Below, piece by piece: positions 1 through 11,830 of a stretch of 64,000 nucleotides of DNA (its first letter is position 1; each line of letters begins with the position of its first letter). The notes beneath the pieces were generated by a model. The model ran no database searches, was not told the DNA's origin, and saw only the letters and a list, made by a program, of their open reading frames with translations. Location: contig JAQGDQ010000110.1 of the NCBI GenBank assembly GCA_030141605.1, positions 62,001 to 126,000 of the forward strand, given 5' to 3'. The translations under genes were made by a program, and so were the position numbers. Source of the stretch: Tubiluchus corallicola (taxonomy: Eukaryota; Animalia; Priapulida).

Positions 1-180
1 TAACCAAAAAACGTATTTTTAATTTGATTTACAAGATACAGTAATTTTAAATTTTATTTAGTTAGTGACTTGTGCGCTACGAATGCTCTAATTATTTTTT
101 CAAACTTTACACCATGTTATCTGAACTTGTTTCAAATGACATGTCGTAAAAATGGCTGCATCTAACGGCCATCGCGGGAG
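1..180. repeat. Dispersed repeat family A, fragment (other copies at ~11520-11830 and ~51570-51866, opposite orientation)
   Basis: Reverse complement shares tttgaaacaagt(t)...gataa(c/t)at, gaaaaaa(a)taa and aattactgta(t/g)cttgt...cgtttttt(t)ggtta with both other copies. Confidence 0.7.
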
Positions 181-513
181 TTTAAATTTACATGTTTTAT
201 ACAGCGTGAATGCCGAATGAAATCCTGTATGCAAAAAGGCAGTATGTAAGTGATATAAAACTCCAAAACGAATGTTTATGTTTATGAAGGGTTTTCTTGT
301 GCTTTAACCTTTGACCTACAACAACTGTGCGTGCACACAACGAAACTGTGAAATGGCTACATTTCTTTATAAAGAAACCTTACTTCTAGACATATCGAAC
401 TAAAAAAGCGAACTACAGTAGTAACATTCTTATTACTATTAGTTACTGATACTACAGTAGTAACAAGTAACATTTCACTAAAATCACAGCAATAAACAGC
501 CATTGTCAATTAC

Positions 514-670
514 CTTCCATATCCATAAAATATTGCAGTGGCTCTTTTAGCTCTTCAATATTAGAAACTGATTGGTTCTCTGGTTCGCTAATTGCTATGC
601 TCGTTATGGGAGTGTTAATCAAACTTGACGAGTTGTCCCACAAGTAGGGGTTTTCCTTCATAAAGTACAT
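514..670 (-). CDS. PKD1L-like exon (MYFMKENPYLWDNSSSLINTPITSIAISEPENQSVSNIEELKEPLQYFMDME-G)
   Basis: tttgctttcag acceptor, G|gtaatt donor, 157 nt, phase 0->1. Confidence 0.85.
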
Positions 671-787
671 CTGAAAGCAAACTCCTATCTTTATTCATAC
701 TAAAGTGTCTTTACCGAGAACAACGAATAACTACTACTACTACTACTTTAAAGACTCGATGTTGATGAGGACACAAACCGACAATTA

Positions 788-847
788 GCAGGTTTGAACT
801 AGGTACCTTTTACTTACAAGGCAGATGCTTTTACCACTAGGTCACCA
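788..847 (-). mobile_element. tRNA-derived SINE head relic
   Basis: Minus strand GGTGACCTAGTGGTAAAAGCATCTGCCTTGTAAGTAAAAGGTACCTAGTTCAAACCT has A-box-like and B-box-like motifs at tRNA spacing; stems degenerate. Confidence 0.45.
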
Positions 848-912
848 TATTCTCTAATGACCAAGGCAGTCTAAAGTTAAGAATTTGCAATATAACATTA
901 TACACACTAGAG

Positions 913-1410
913 CATGGCTTCTCAACCTTGAGGCCCCAAAGCAGTTTAAATGGAGTCGCGGGATAGTCCAAAAACTATTTTTTTAAAAATGCCGTTTTCG
1001 CAAAAAGTATGTAAGTAGGTCTTGTTTCCTCAGTCTCTCGTTGGATCATTTTTTTCTGGAAAGTGAAACAGGGTTTTTCCCGCTCTAAATGAGGTGTATC
1101 AGTGCTTGATTTTCCGGAAAAATGAAAATGCGCGTTGTTCTGTACAATGTACACCGCCCAAAAGCGTGTTGTTATTCATTTTACCTTGGATACCTATTGC
1201 TGTTGCATTACTGGTCGCTGAGAAACACGTGCAACCTTCACATTAATGAATTGATGAAACAATCACTCGTTGTTTGTTGACTAGTAAGTTAAAATTAATA
1301 AATGCGAGCGATAAAGATGTTTAACAGCATAATAAATAATAATGATTATGTTCTTCGTGGGGTCGCGATATGATGGAGGGAAAGGATCAACAAAAGGTTG
1401 GCAACCACTG
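913..1410. mobile_element. hAT (Charlie/MER5-like) MITE
   Basis: TIRs CATGGCTTCTCAACCTT...AAGGTTGGCAACCACTG; 8-bp TSD cactagag/ctctagag (7/8). Confidence 0.7.
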
Positions 1411-1625
1411 CTCTAGAGTGATTGTAGTTACTAATTATTATATTTTTCATCAATCTTGAGCCTGAAATTTCAACGGGTAAATAATTACGTAACAAATTAA
1501 TCATAAAGAAAAGTTACCAAATTTACAATGGCAAAAAGTAAAATTTCGTTAAGATTTTAACTGGCTTCGTCTTCTTTATCAAATTTTCAAAGCTTTTCAT
1601 CTAGAAGAACTTTGCTAAAATTCAC

Positions 1626-1723
1626 CTGCACGTCAAAGACTTTCTCTTCATCAGTATCATTCACTTGCGACAACGACGACGGCAATTTAAAGCGACCGAC
1701 GCCCTCCATTTTTATATCAGAAC
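1626..1723 (-). CDS. PKD1L-like exon (SDIKMEGVGRFKLPSSLSQVNDTDEEKVFDVQ)
   Basis: tttttcgtag acceptor, CAG|gtgaat donor, 98 nt, phase 1->0. Confidence 0.8.
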
Positions 1724-2160
1724 CTACGAAAAATCAACAGTTAATCGCAAGTCTAATAAACATACTGATATATAATGTGTCGGCACAGTTGCAGCAGCGC
1801 TAATATAATTACACTAATCACATTAAATAAACTTTCTTAATCCAATCATTATATTTGTAATAGAAGTCGAAACTGGGGGAGCCTGTCATAGTAAAATTTC
1901 ATTTGAACACGAATCTCTGAAAAATATGTTTGGAAAATATGGGTTCACGGTGATTATTTTTGCAACCGTTTCCAATTCCCCTGACCTTTCTCCCCATTTT
2001 CATCATTTTCCCCGACTTTGTATCAAATTACTTGTTTCCTGACTTTTCCATGACTTTCCGGGATAGCCTGTATTTTCCAGGATTTTTTCTGGCCGTGGGA
2101 ATCGTGCTAACATCATCACACTTCACATTACGACACTATCAGGCTCTCGATTATCCTTAC

Positions 2161-2311
2161 CTCTGAGATGAGTTGCCTGTTGACGCTGTACCTGAACTGT
2201 AAGCAGATCCGTCACGAACGTCGTCGGTTCCTCCCCCTGGACTTTGTACTTGCTCATTGTCTCCGATACGGTCTGGATAATGTCGAGTGATTTCTGCGAG
2301 ATTTCTTTAGT
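2161..2311 (-). CDS. PKD1L-like exon (TKEISQKSLDIIQTVSETMSKYKVQGEEPTTFVTDLLTVQVQRQQATHLR-G)
   Basis: tatttttag acceptor, GAG|gtaagg donor, 151 nt, phase 0->1. Confidence 0.85.
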
Positions 2312-2875
2312 CTAAAAATACCCGGCGACGATAAAACGAGTATTAATTAAATTCAAGCTGCCCTGCTGCAAAAACACGTCAGCAAACAAAAACAGGATAC
2401 TACTAGTTAAACTATCTTTAAAAATAATTAATTACTAATAGGTTTCCACACAGAGATGGAATTGCTCTAATGAGAATCAATCGTGTTACATAGCTGGGTT
2501 AATTATTGCTGGCTTCGTATTCACACGAGGTTTCCACACTAGAAATATTTCTCAGCAGTGCTAATGTACGCAAAACTTTTAAAACATGAATATTCACAGT
2601 AAATTACTTCTCTTCAGATTTTAGGTAAAAATCATCAGAACTAAACGTCCGAAAGTGTTTGATTTATGAGTCAAGCATTATTAATTTTTGGCCTGCAGCT
2701 CTAGCATTTTTGATCTTTACGCGGGGAATGCAATGGATTGCTTTTACATTGTTTTTTGTAAGGAAGCCATTGTTTCTCGTATAACGACGCGTTTTGCTGA
2801 AACACATTGGCATAGTTAAGTGAGCATTTACTCTATTAGAGAAAATCCGTTTCATTTGTTGCGTAAGACACTTGC

Positions 2876-3008
2876 CTGTTGCCTCTTTGGTTGAACGGTC
2901 GAGTTGTCAGTGACAGAAGATTCGTTTCCACCTTCAATGTCTGCGAGCGATTGTGCAAGTGAATTTATTGAACCACCCAGTACACTTGAAATGCCGCTCA
3001 AGATGTGC
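2876..3008 (-). CDS. PKD1L-like exon (HILSGISSVLGGSINSLAQSLADIEGGNESSVTDNSTVQPKRQQ) with a GC donor
   Basis: ttttctgcaaacag acceptor; CAG|gcaagt non-canonical GC donor gives the phase 0 needed by the next exon; 133 nt. Confidence 0.7.
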
Positions 3009-3116
3009 CTGTTTGCAGAAAACAGTAAGTAAGGATATACCTTGCTTTTACATTTCATAACTGACAAGTGATAGAGATATTAGTACCGGTACTAGTCGAC
3101 GTTCATGTAGTAGTAA

Positions 3117-3543
3117 GGCCCATTTCACACAGTGAAGATGCAATGACACTTGGAATCGCTGTCAGAAAATTTCGGATTTTTCCCAAAAACCCACGCAGCA
3201 CGTTTCGTTTCAAACAGAAATTACACATTTTTTACTAAAAAATTGTCACACTAATAAAACAAAAAATTGATTACACGAGAAAACAGAATAATCACATAAT
3301 TTTATGTTGAACTAATTCTGTGAGGAATCCTCCCGAAAACGGAATATGCAGTATTTCTACTAAGAGGCAATTTCCTCATGAGCAGAATGCACAGCCCCTC
3401 TAGCTAGCAGAAGAATTAATCATGAAGAAATCCCTCCTATGGAATCTGTGAAATGAGGCACTGTATTCTATTTTTGTGGGGAATCTCGCAAGACATTTTT
3501 GCCTGGAAGAATTTTGCCATGCATCCTCAGTGTGAAATGGGCT
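3117..3543. mobile_element. PIF/Harbinger-like MITE
   Basis: TIRs GGCCCATTTCACAC...GTGTGAAATGGGCT with TAA on both sides. Confidence 0.7.
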
Positions 3544-4013
3544 TAAGAACAACAATAGCCGTACTAAAAGCTTCAGTATCAGCAGCAGCAGCAGCAGCAA
3601 CATTCGACAAATCTTTAATCAGACCTGCTTTCCTAACCAATAAGCACCTATGACACGTATACTTAGTTTTACCGCTGGCTGATCTTGCCCTAATGCTACC
3701 CACCCCCGTTTGCTGAAACTCTTCTGCAAGTTGCACATGTAAATTGTGAAAAACATGTGTGAACTATTCACACACCATGCTTTTGATATGCTCACATAGG
3801 TTTAGTTTTTATGTTAGCTAACTCTGCTTGGATGTATAAGTTAGTCGACTGTAGTGTTTGCACTAAAGTGTTTTGAAGTGTTTTGACTGCATTTTTCTAA
3901 GATTCAAGAATTATGCTGTAATTCCATGAGTTTGTTTCCATGAAAGGTTGTGTTGATTGAACAAGATTTGCACATGGTTTTGTAAGCAGTAGCATTACTA
4001 TTAGTTTGGCATT

Positions 4014-4044
<31 letters not shown>

Positions 4045-4301
4045 TTTTTATTCTTATTATAACCTTTTGTGTGTTAAATTTTTTGCTGAAAGTTAAACAA
4101 CACTGTGACTATATCTATATTGGGTTGCGTGACCGCTTTTTGTAACTGATTTTTAACTGTTATACATGCTATCCAGTTTGTGTTTTTTTAGATTCACCTG
4201 TAGCTTGAAACAACATCTTGTCATTGAGTAAAAATAATACTGTTCAACTAAGAAAATTGTGAGCTGTTTTATTCACGAGTCTAAGCAAATGCACATCACT
4301 T

Positions 4302-6599
4302 AAGAAGGGTGTGGCAAGAGAAATTACAACGGCAAAAACAAACAAGAGAAGAAAAACGGAAGGAAACAGAATACGTACTGAGTAAGAAGGGTGTGGCAAG
4401 AGAAATTACAACGGCAAAAACAAACAAGAGAAGAAAAACGGAAGGAAACAGAATACGTACTGAGTAGGAAGGGTGTGGCAAGAGAAATTACAACGGCAAA
4501 AACAAACAAGAGAAGAAAAACGGAAGGAAACAGAATACGTACTGAGTAGGAAGGGTGTGGCAAGAGAAATTACAACGGCAAAAACAAACAAGAGAAGAAA
4601 GATGGAAGGAAACAGAATACGTACTGAGTAGGAAGGGTGTGGCAAGAGAAATTACAACGGCAAAAACAAACAAGAGAAGAAAAACGGAAGGAAACAGAAT
4701 ACGTACTGAGTAGGAAGGGTGTGGCAAGAGAAATTACAACGGCAAAAACAAACAAGAGAAGAAAGATGGAAGGAAACAGAATACGTACTGAGTAGGAAGG
4801 GTGTGGCAAGAGAAATTACAACGGCAAAAACAAACAAGAGAAGAAAGATGGAAGGAAACAGAATACGTACTGAGTAGGAAGGGTGTGGCAAGAGAAATTA
4901 CAACGGCAAAAACAAACAAGAGAAGAAAGATGGAAGGAAACAGAATACGTACTGAGTAGGAAGGGTGTGGCAAGAGAAATTACAACGGCAAAAACAAACA
5001 AGAGAAGAAAGATGGAAGGAAACAGAATACGTACTGAGTAGGAAGGGTGTGGCAAGAGAAATTACAACGGCAAAAACAAACAAGAGAAGAAAAACGGAAG
5101 GAAACAGAATACGTACTGAGTAAGAAGGGTGTGGCAAGAGAAATTACAACGGCAAAAACAAACAAGAGAAGAAAAACGGAAGGAAACAGAATACGTACTG
5201 AGTAGGAAGGGTGTGGCAAGAGAAATTACAACGGCAAAAACAAACAAGAGAAGAAAAACGGAAGGAAACAGAATACGTACTGAGTAGGAAGGGTGTGGCA
5301 AGAGAAATTACAACGGCAAAAACAAACAAGAGAAGAAAGATGGAAGGAAACAGAATACGTACTGAGTAGGAAGGGTGTGGCAAGAGAAATTACAACGGCA
5401 AAAACAAACAAGAGAAGAAAAACGGAAGGAAACAGAATACGTACTGAGTAGGAAGGGTGTGGCAAGAGAAATTACAACGGCAAAAACAAACAAGAGAAGA
5501 AAAACGGAAGGAAACAGAATACGTACTGAGTAGGAAGGGTGTGGCAAGAGAAATTACAACGGCAAAAACAAACAAGAGAAGAAAGATGGAAGGAAACAGA
5601 ATACGTACTGAGTAGGAAGGGTGTGGCAAGAGAAATTACAACGGCAAAAACAAACAAGAGAAGAAAGATGGAAGGAAACAGAATACGTACTGAGTAGGAA
5701 GGGTGTGGCAAGAGAAATTACAACGGCAAAAACAAACAAGAGAAGAAAGATGGAAGGAAACAGAATACGTACTGAGTAGGAAGGGTGTGGCAAGAGAAAT
5801 TACAACGGCAAAAACAAACAAGAGAAGAAAAACGGAAGGAAACAGAATACGTACTGAGTAGGAAGGGTGTGGCAAGAGAAATTACAACGGCAAAAACAAA
5901 CAAGAGAAGAAAGATGGAAGGAAACAGAATACGTACTGAGTAGGAAGGGTGTGGCAAGAGAAATTACAACGGCAAAAACAAACAAGAGAAGAAAGATGGA
6001 AGGAAACAGAATACGTACTGAGTAGGAAGGGTGTGGCAAGAGAAATTACAACGGCAAAAACAAACAAGAGAAGAAAGATGGAAGGAAACAGAATACGTAC
6101 TGAGTAGGAAGGGTGTGGCAAGAGAAATTACAACGGCAAAAACAAACAAGAGAAGAAAAACGGAAGGAAACAGAATACGTACTGAGTAGGAAGGGTGTGG
6201 CAAGAGAAATTACAACGGCAAAAACAAACAAGAGAAGAAAAACGGAAGGAAACAGAATACGTACTGAGTAGGAAGGGTGTGGCAAGAGAAATTACAACGG
6301 CAAAAACAAACAAGAGAAGAAAAACGGAAGGAAACAGAATACGTACTGAGTAGGAAGGGTGTGGCAAGAGAAATTACAACGGCAAAAACAAACAAGAGAA
6401 GAAAAACGGAAGGAAACAGAATACGTACTGAGTAGGAAGGGTGTGGCAAGAGAAATTACAACGGCAAAAACAAACAAGAGAAGAAAAACGGAAGGAAACA
6501 GAATACGTACTGAGTAGGAAGGGTGTGGCAAGAGAAATTACAACGGCAAAAACAAACAAGAGAAGAAAGATGGAAGGAAACAGAATACGTACTGAGTAG
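4302..6599. repeat. 82-bp minisatellite, 28 near-identical copies, intronic, overlapping a splice donor
   Basis: Unit gaagggtgtggcaagagaaattacaacggcaaaaacaaacaagagaagaaa(aac/gat)ggaaggaaacagaatacgtactgagtag; period 82 (the ORF track also steps by 82). Confidence 0.98.
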
Positions 6600-6681
6600 T
6601 ATCGGCTGAGTCACAAATATCAACATTTGCCGCATCCTTCATGAAACTGGCAACATTGTTAAACTTATCCATAGCAACTAT
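6593..6681 (-). CDS. PKD1L-like exon (IVAMDKFNNVASFMKDAANVDICDSADTTQ)
   Basis: atctttcag acceptor, CA|gtacgt donor, 89 nt, phase 0->2; CA plus the G starting the next exon gives CAG (Gln). Confidence 0.75.
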
Positions 6682-7083
6682 CTGAAAGATTATTAACAAT
6701 CAATTGAACCTCGACTGAAAATAATAATAATAATAATAATAATAAACAGGAATAATAAACAAATAATTGTGGAAGAGCCATCTACTGGATATAAACACAA
6801 CTTCAACGTATTCTTGCAAAGTCCGTAGCAACCAACATTTGTCCGGTTGCTAAGTGTTTTGTAGAAATGCGACAAAAACAATGGCTGACTTTAACAGTGG
6901 TTTTCTCAAGGTTATGTTTTTCAGTGTATAGCCTGCACCTCAACTTCAACGTGGATTATCTCAGCTTAGAAATAACATAGAGCAATGAACTTGGTGTCAA
7001 AATGATCCTCATGAAATGGAGATTCAGGATAACTGAATAACTAGAAAAACTTTAACTGCTTAATTATAGACGATTTTGCTATA

Positions 7084-7838
7084 CAAGCACACATTTTATG
7101 TTATTTAGTACGATTCGCCTACTTTGATAAACTTACGTGTTTTGTACTTAAGAAATTTCTCTTACAGAATATAACTTCATGTGGAATGTATTATTTACAA
7201 AAAAGTTATAAGGTCAATAAACGATGTATATATATAGTGTTCCCTCGCTACTTCGCGGTTCGTTTATCACAGACTCGTTGTTTCGCGGGTTTTTGCACAT
7301 GCGTAGTACGTATCGTACAGTAATGTATAGATTTGATGAATTTTGCATAAAAAATCACAAAATGTATAAAAATATATAAAATATATTAATTCTAACATGA
7401 AAACAATATTATAAATCATAAAAAATTTCCATTTACAGCAAATAGTGTATTTATTCGGTAGATGAATACACACCAAAAATGAAATGTAGTACTTGCGCCC
7501 GCTGGAGATGCTACTCGTCGACGTGAGATTGTACACAACACACGATTGGTTGATTGTGAACATTTTTATGAAAATTTAAGTAAAGTTTTTTTAAAGGTAC
7601 ATGTACAGTATGGGAAAAGTTATTAAGGGAATGGGAAAGGGTTATGTATAAGAGTGTGGGGAGGGTTTATAAAGACTTAAAATAATGTACAACTACTAAA
7701 ATCAGTATAGCGTCCCTAGCTCGCGGAAATTCACTTATTGCGGGTGGGCCTGGAACGGAAGTGAGGGAACACTGTATATTAAATGACTTACCTTAGTTTC
7801 TGCAGTCAGTTCAGAGTCAACAATTGTAGCCTGGTTTA
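7084..7838. repeat. Inverted segmental duplication, copy 1 (partner 12744-13503)
   Basis: Reverse complement of 12744-13503 with only scattered substitutions; includes 47 nt of exon 7792-7917 and its donor. Confidence 0.95.
7235..7774. mobile_element. Tc1/mariner (pogo/Tigger-like) MITE
   Basis: TIR (T/C)AGTGTTCCCTC...GAGGGAACACTG, flanked by TA; second copy inside the inverted duplication at ~12808-13346. Confidence 0.7.
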
Positions 7839-7917
7839 ACATATCAGATGTCTGTTTCACAATACCAATGTTAATCAATGGTATCTGCACAATAGAATTC
7901 ACCAAGGAAGCTCTTAC
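7792..7917 (-). CDS. PKD1L-like exon (VRASLVNSIVQIPLINIGIVKQTSDMLNQATIVDSELTAETK)
   Basis: tttgtgtag acceptor, AAG|gtaagt donor, 126 nt, phase 0->0. Confidence 0.8.
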
Positions 7918-8365
7918 CTACACAAATCAATCAATCAAACGAAATAGAACACTAATACTCGCTAACAGTAACGAGGTAATAACTAATAATATTACTTAAC
8001 AATATTACAATATATTAGTACTAAAATTAAATGAATCAGAATTTTTCTCCCAACGATAATACTGCTGCTACACTGGCCTACAAATTTCTGAATAGAGATA
8101 CTCGTGACGTTAGTTATAGTAGCAGTTGGCAGTATCGCTTCGCCCAGTTAAAGATTAAGTACTCAAAATCATAAAGTCAAAAGAAATTTAAATAAATGCA
8201 CCGAATTAAGCAAACTACATAGTTATTACAAGTGCGTAATATAGTTCAGATATAGTAAAGCTTCTCCCACAAAAGCGTCCTCTTTAAAGAGAGAAAGGAT
8301 GGTAGCATTATTTATCAAAGTAGCAAGAGAAGCATTTCTTACAGGAAAACCTGATCCAATCTTAA

Positions 8366-8965
8366 CCCTTTCACTACAGAGGGCAGCACACTGCTGACTA
8401 CTTTTTTCTTGTAAGGGATGGAAAGCGGTAGACTGTCGCCCAAGCTCAGCACCAAGCGCAGTCACCCTGGTCTGTTTATTTCACTGCTACGGCCATGTAA
8501 AACATTGTAGAAAAGTTTAACAGCCGTGGGATTGAGGTTGCTTTGCAACAAGTAACTCTAACCAGCCAATCAGAATCTGAAGCCAGGTGCATTCCACAAA
8601 ACTGTACTGTATGGTACGTTCCCATGCAAAATCACTTGTAGATCATTGGTGAAACGTATGTTTAGTTTGATTACTCTGCATTCTTATAAAATGATTGTAT
8701 ATTATGGATTAGTATTGTTTTTTTGTGAAAACTGGTTTCTAAATATAAGTACATGCTTATTTATGATTGTGTGCATGTGTGTGTGTGTGTGTGTTTGCTC
8801 ATATCTGCGTGCATGTGTACGAATAAAACTAATATTGAACATTCAATAACAAATGGCTATTTGTTTATTTGCAAGATTCTGGTTTAGTAACACACCACAA
8901 GAAGTTATTGGCAAATGTGCAAAAGCCAACACCACCCTGTTAAAAACAACTATGTAGTGAAAGGG
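8366..8965. mobile_element. piggyBac-like MITE
   Basis: TTAA|CCCTTTCACTAC...GTAGTGAAAGGG|TTAA. Confidence 0.8.
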
Positions 8966-9039
8966 TTAAACTATAGCTCAAAACAATGTATCCTGTAGAA
9001 CATTCGCTGGGAACATACTAACATGATTTACATGAAATA

Positions 9040-9395
9040 ATTACCACAGAAACGCAATTTTCACGTTCGTGCAGCCGGTTCTTTGCTGTTACACGCATTT
9101 CGCCGTGTAAAAAAACAGGCGCTGTACATCACAGATCAAAAGTGTTCATTTGTGATATAGTGCGCACTTTCGAGAGCTCACGCGTGAGCACAGCTTTAAA
9201 AAGTGAGATTAGAGTTTTAAACTTAAAATTTGCCTTAAAGTTAAAAAGTTTGTGTATATCACACTGAGTGTTGTACAGTAGCAACGTATTTAAATTTTTG
9301 CTTCAACCTGCTTGTGCAATTCTCGTGCTGCTGAAAATAATGTTCAGTTGTGATGTATCACCCCTGGTTATACACACCCGCTATTAATTAAGTTA
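9040..9395. repeat. Dispersed repeat family B, diverged copy (others at ~26560-27245 and ~52611-53240)
   Basis: Shared aaaaca(a/g)gcgctgtac, ctcacgcgtgagcacagc, acagtagca, gtgctg(c/t)tgaaaat and ccgc..ttaatta. Confidence 0.65.
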
Positions 9396-9460
9396 TAACT
9401 ATGAATTTATTTCACACATCAAAAAATACAATATCAGACACATTAATAAACTTTAAATAA

Positions 9461-9738
9461 AATAATTTGAGTAGTGCGAAGTGAGTGTACGACCATACGG
9501 TCATTAACACACTCACCTTACTTAAATGAAAAAATGATTATAGTTATGCATGCTTCTGTAGATAACTTAATGTGAATAAGGATGAAGTAACTGATGTAAT
9601 AATTTGAGTAGTGCGAGGTGAGTGTACGACCATATGGATATTAACACACTCACCTCACTTAAATGAAAAAATGATTATAATTATGCATGCTTCTGTAGAT
9701 AACTTAATGTAAATAAAGATTAAGTAAATGATGTAATA
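9461..9738. repeat. 137-bp tandem duplication (2 copies)
   Basis: aataatttgagtagtgcga(a/g)gtgagtgtacgaccata... at 9461 and 9598; each unit has an internal gtgagtgt...acactcac hairpin. Confidence 0.85.
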
Positions 9739-9963
9739 ATAGCAATGGTATAACAGCAATAAACCTGAAAGTTGAGAAAGGAAAACATAATATGTAATTA
9801 CGACTTTGAGTGAGCCTTAAAGAGTGAAAATTTTTTAGATAGTTACGAATATGAATTATGTAATTATCTGTCAATGCACCACTTACTTGTATATAAAAGC
9901 TACTTGTATTTAAGCTACTATTTAATTAGTAAAAACGCTTTGGCGTATTTTACAGGTATTAAA

Positions 9964-10419
9964 CAGGGATGAGAATTACAAATTGCAAAAAAACTCTGAA
10001 ACAGGCCGTAGGCAGCAACAAATTACAATTTTGTGACCATAGAGAGCCTCTAAGTGAACTTAAAATATCAATTACCTTGTTTCATGCATAATTTAAAATA
10101 CCCAACTATCAAGGAAACATGATACCTAATTGTCTCAAAAACGCCTAAGTACTGGCCGCTCCTATGCAAAAGTATATAAAAACTGTCTGCAATTGACTCA
10201 AATAACTGCACGCAATTGATTCTATATTTCTATACATAGAGATATACACGTGGTTACACTGATGTACATGATGTAAACAAAGTGACGGCCTGCCAACTAG
10301 CGGTCAGCTTGTGAAATAATGTACTGGGTCCGTAAAAAATTTTTCAACGAATTTACGCGATTTACAAAAATGGAACTACTGGTCTTCCAAAAACTATCCG
10401 CGGGAAATTCTCATCCCTG
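9964..10419. mobile_element. Non-autonomous DNA transposon (14-bp TIR, apparent 6-bp TSD)
   Basis: ATTAAA|CAGGGATGAGAATT...AATTCTCATCCCTG|ATTAAA; internal sequence recurs at ~58318-58595. Confidence 0.7.
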
Positions 10420-10513
10420 ATTAAAATCTACTCATCATGCTGTACTTCAAAAACTGATATGAAAAATCAACCTTTCCCTTTAACACGACAATAAAAAACT
10501 AAATTTTCTTTAC

Positions 10514-10629
10514 TTCAGATTTGAGATCATATAAATGTTGTTGATTCTCTGCAGCCTCTTTAGGAGTAGCATCCTCATCTTTCATCTCGTTCAGCGCACT
10601 CGAAGCCACATTAACTATCTGAGATAAAC
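10514..10629 (-). CDS. PKD1L-like exon (GLSQIVNVASSALNEMKDEDATPKEAAENQQHLYDLKSE)
   Basis: tttattcttag acceptor, GAA|gtaaag donor, 116 nt, phase 1->0. Confidence 0.8.
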
Positions 10630-10716
10630 CTAAGAATAAACACATCAATTTTACAAACAAAATGCTGTGAACACGCCATTAGTCATTCAGGAGAGACAAA
10701 CAGAAATGATTTGCTA

Positions 10717-11145
10717 GAGGCGTGTTAACCAATAGGCTAGCTAGGCTATAGAATAGGGCACCAAAGTTTGAAGTGTCACATTTCAGCCACCCAATTTTAA
10801 AAAGGAATCTTGTTGCCCTCCGAAAATGTGTATCCGTTCATATTAACGCAAGACAAGCGTTGTATAACACAGCACCATTTGCTACATAAGAGCATATAAC
10901 GAACAAATACAAAGTAACACACAACAAGTAGTTGCCGAGCCTCCTGATATAAATGCAGTTCATACACAGGTAATTAAAGGTGTGTGTAATTAAAAGTGTC
11001 TATGTAGAAACAATGTTAATAGCTTTACTAATACACCACAAGTAATTGTTCAATTTGCTCAGTATATAACCAATCATAAATTCACAATATAGTTGGGTAG
11101 GACAGACCTATCAGCCTAGGGCATCGTGAAAACTTGATAAGCCTG
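10717..11145. repeat. Dispersed repeat family C (other copies at ~24715-25115 reverse and ~29535-29960)
   Basis: Shared ggcgt(g/a)ttaaccaatagg..a.ctaggctatag..tagggc..caaagtttga...tcacattt head and acacaacaag core. Confidence 0.75.
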
Positions 11146-11519
11146 TTAATATAGTAGTTGTCACTTAATAATAATAAAACTGGTTATAATAATATTAATA
11201 AGGGACAATACGAGCAGCCATATTTTAGAACCATTCCATGGCCCGGAATTACTCCCACACAAACTATTGTTAAGAAAATTTGGTTAATTCCTTCAGGACC
11301 ACACCATTCAAAATAAGACCTACGAGTTTTCTGCTACTGTATGAGCACAGACATGACTAAATGATTACAAATTAGTTACTGTTCTATTTAGGAGAATCTT
11401 GGCTATCCAATCATGCTATTTGTTTGAACATATAGTCATGTAATGGTGTCGCGGGAGATTTAAAACTAAAACAAACAAAAATTCCTTTGAATGCAAGATT
11501 GGTATATAGTTAGACGCAG

Positions 11520-11830
11520 TCATTTTGGCAATAAGTCATTTGAAACAAGTTTAGATAACATTGTGTAAATTTTGAAAAAATAATCAGAGTATTCGTAGGG
11601 CACAAGCCACTAACTAAATAAAATTTAAAATTACTGTAGCTTGTCAATAAGCTAAAAATTAACGTTTTTGGTTAGTGAGTGGCGCACCCTGGAAGGTGAG
11701 TCAACGACACTTTACCAATTGCTGAAAACATTTCAAATAATTAATAATTTCCTTTTCTAGTTACATAAGTCTTTCAAGTAGGTAAGCAAAATGCTAAGTA
11801 ATATAACATTGCATGGAAAGTTCTAAGGGA
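11520..11830. repeat. Dispersed repeat family A copy
   Basis: Collinear with 51570-51866 and with the reverse complement of 1-180. Confidence 0.7.

Noticed and set aside
4296-6559. Series of 79-aa minus-strand ORFs (MPHPSYSVRILF...)
   Set aside because: Artefacts of the 82-bp tandem repeat, using non-ATG starts; they lie within an intron.
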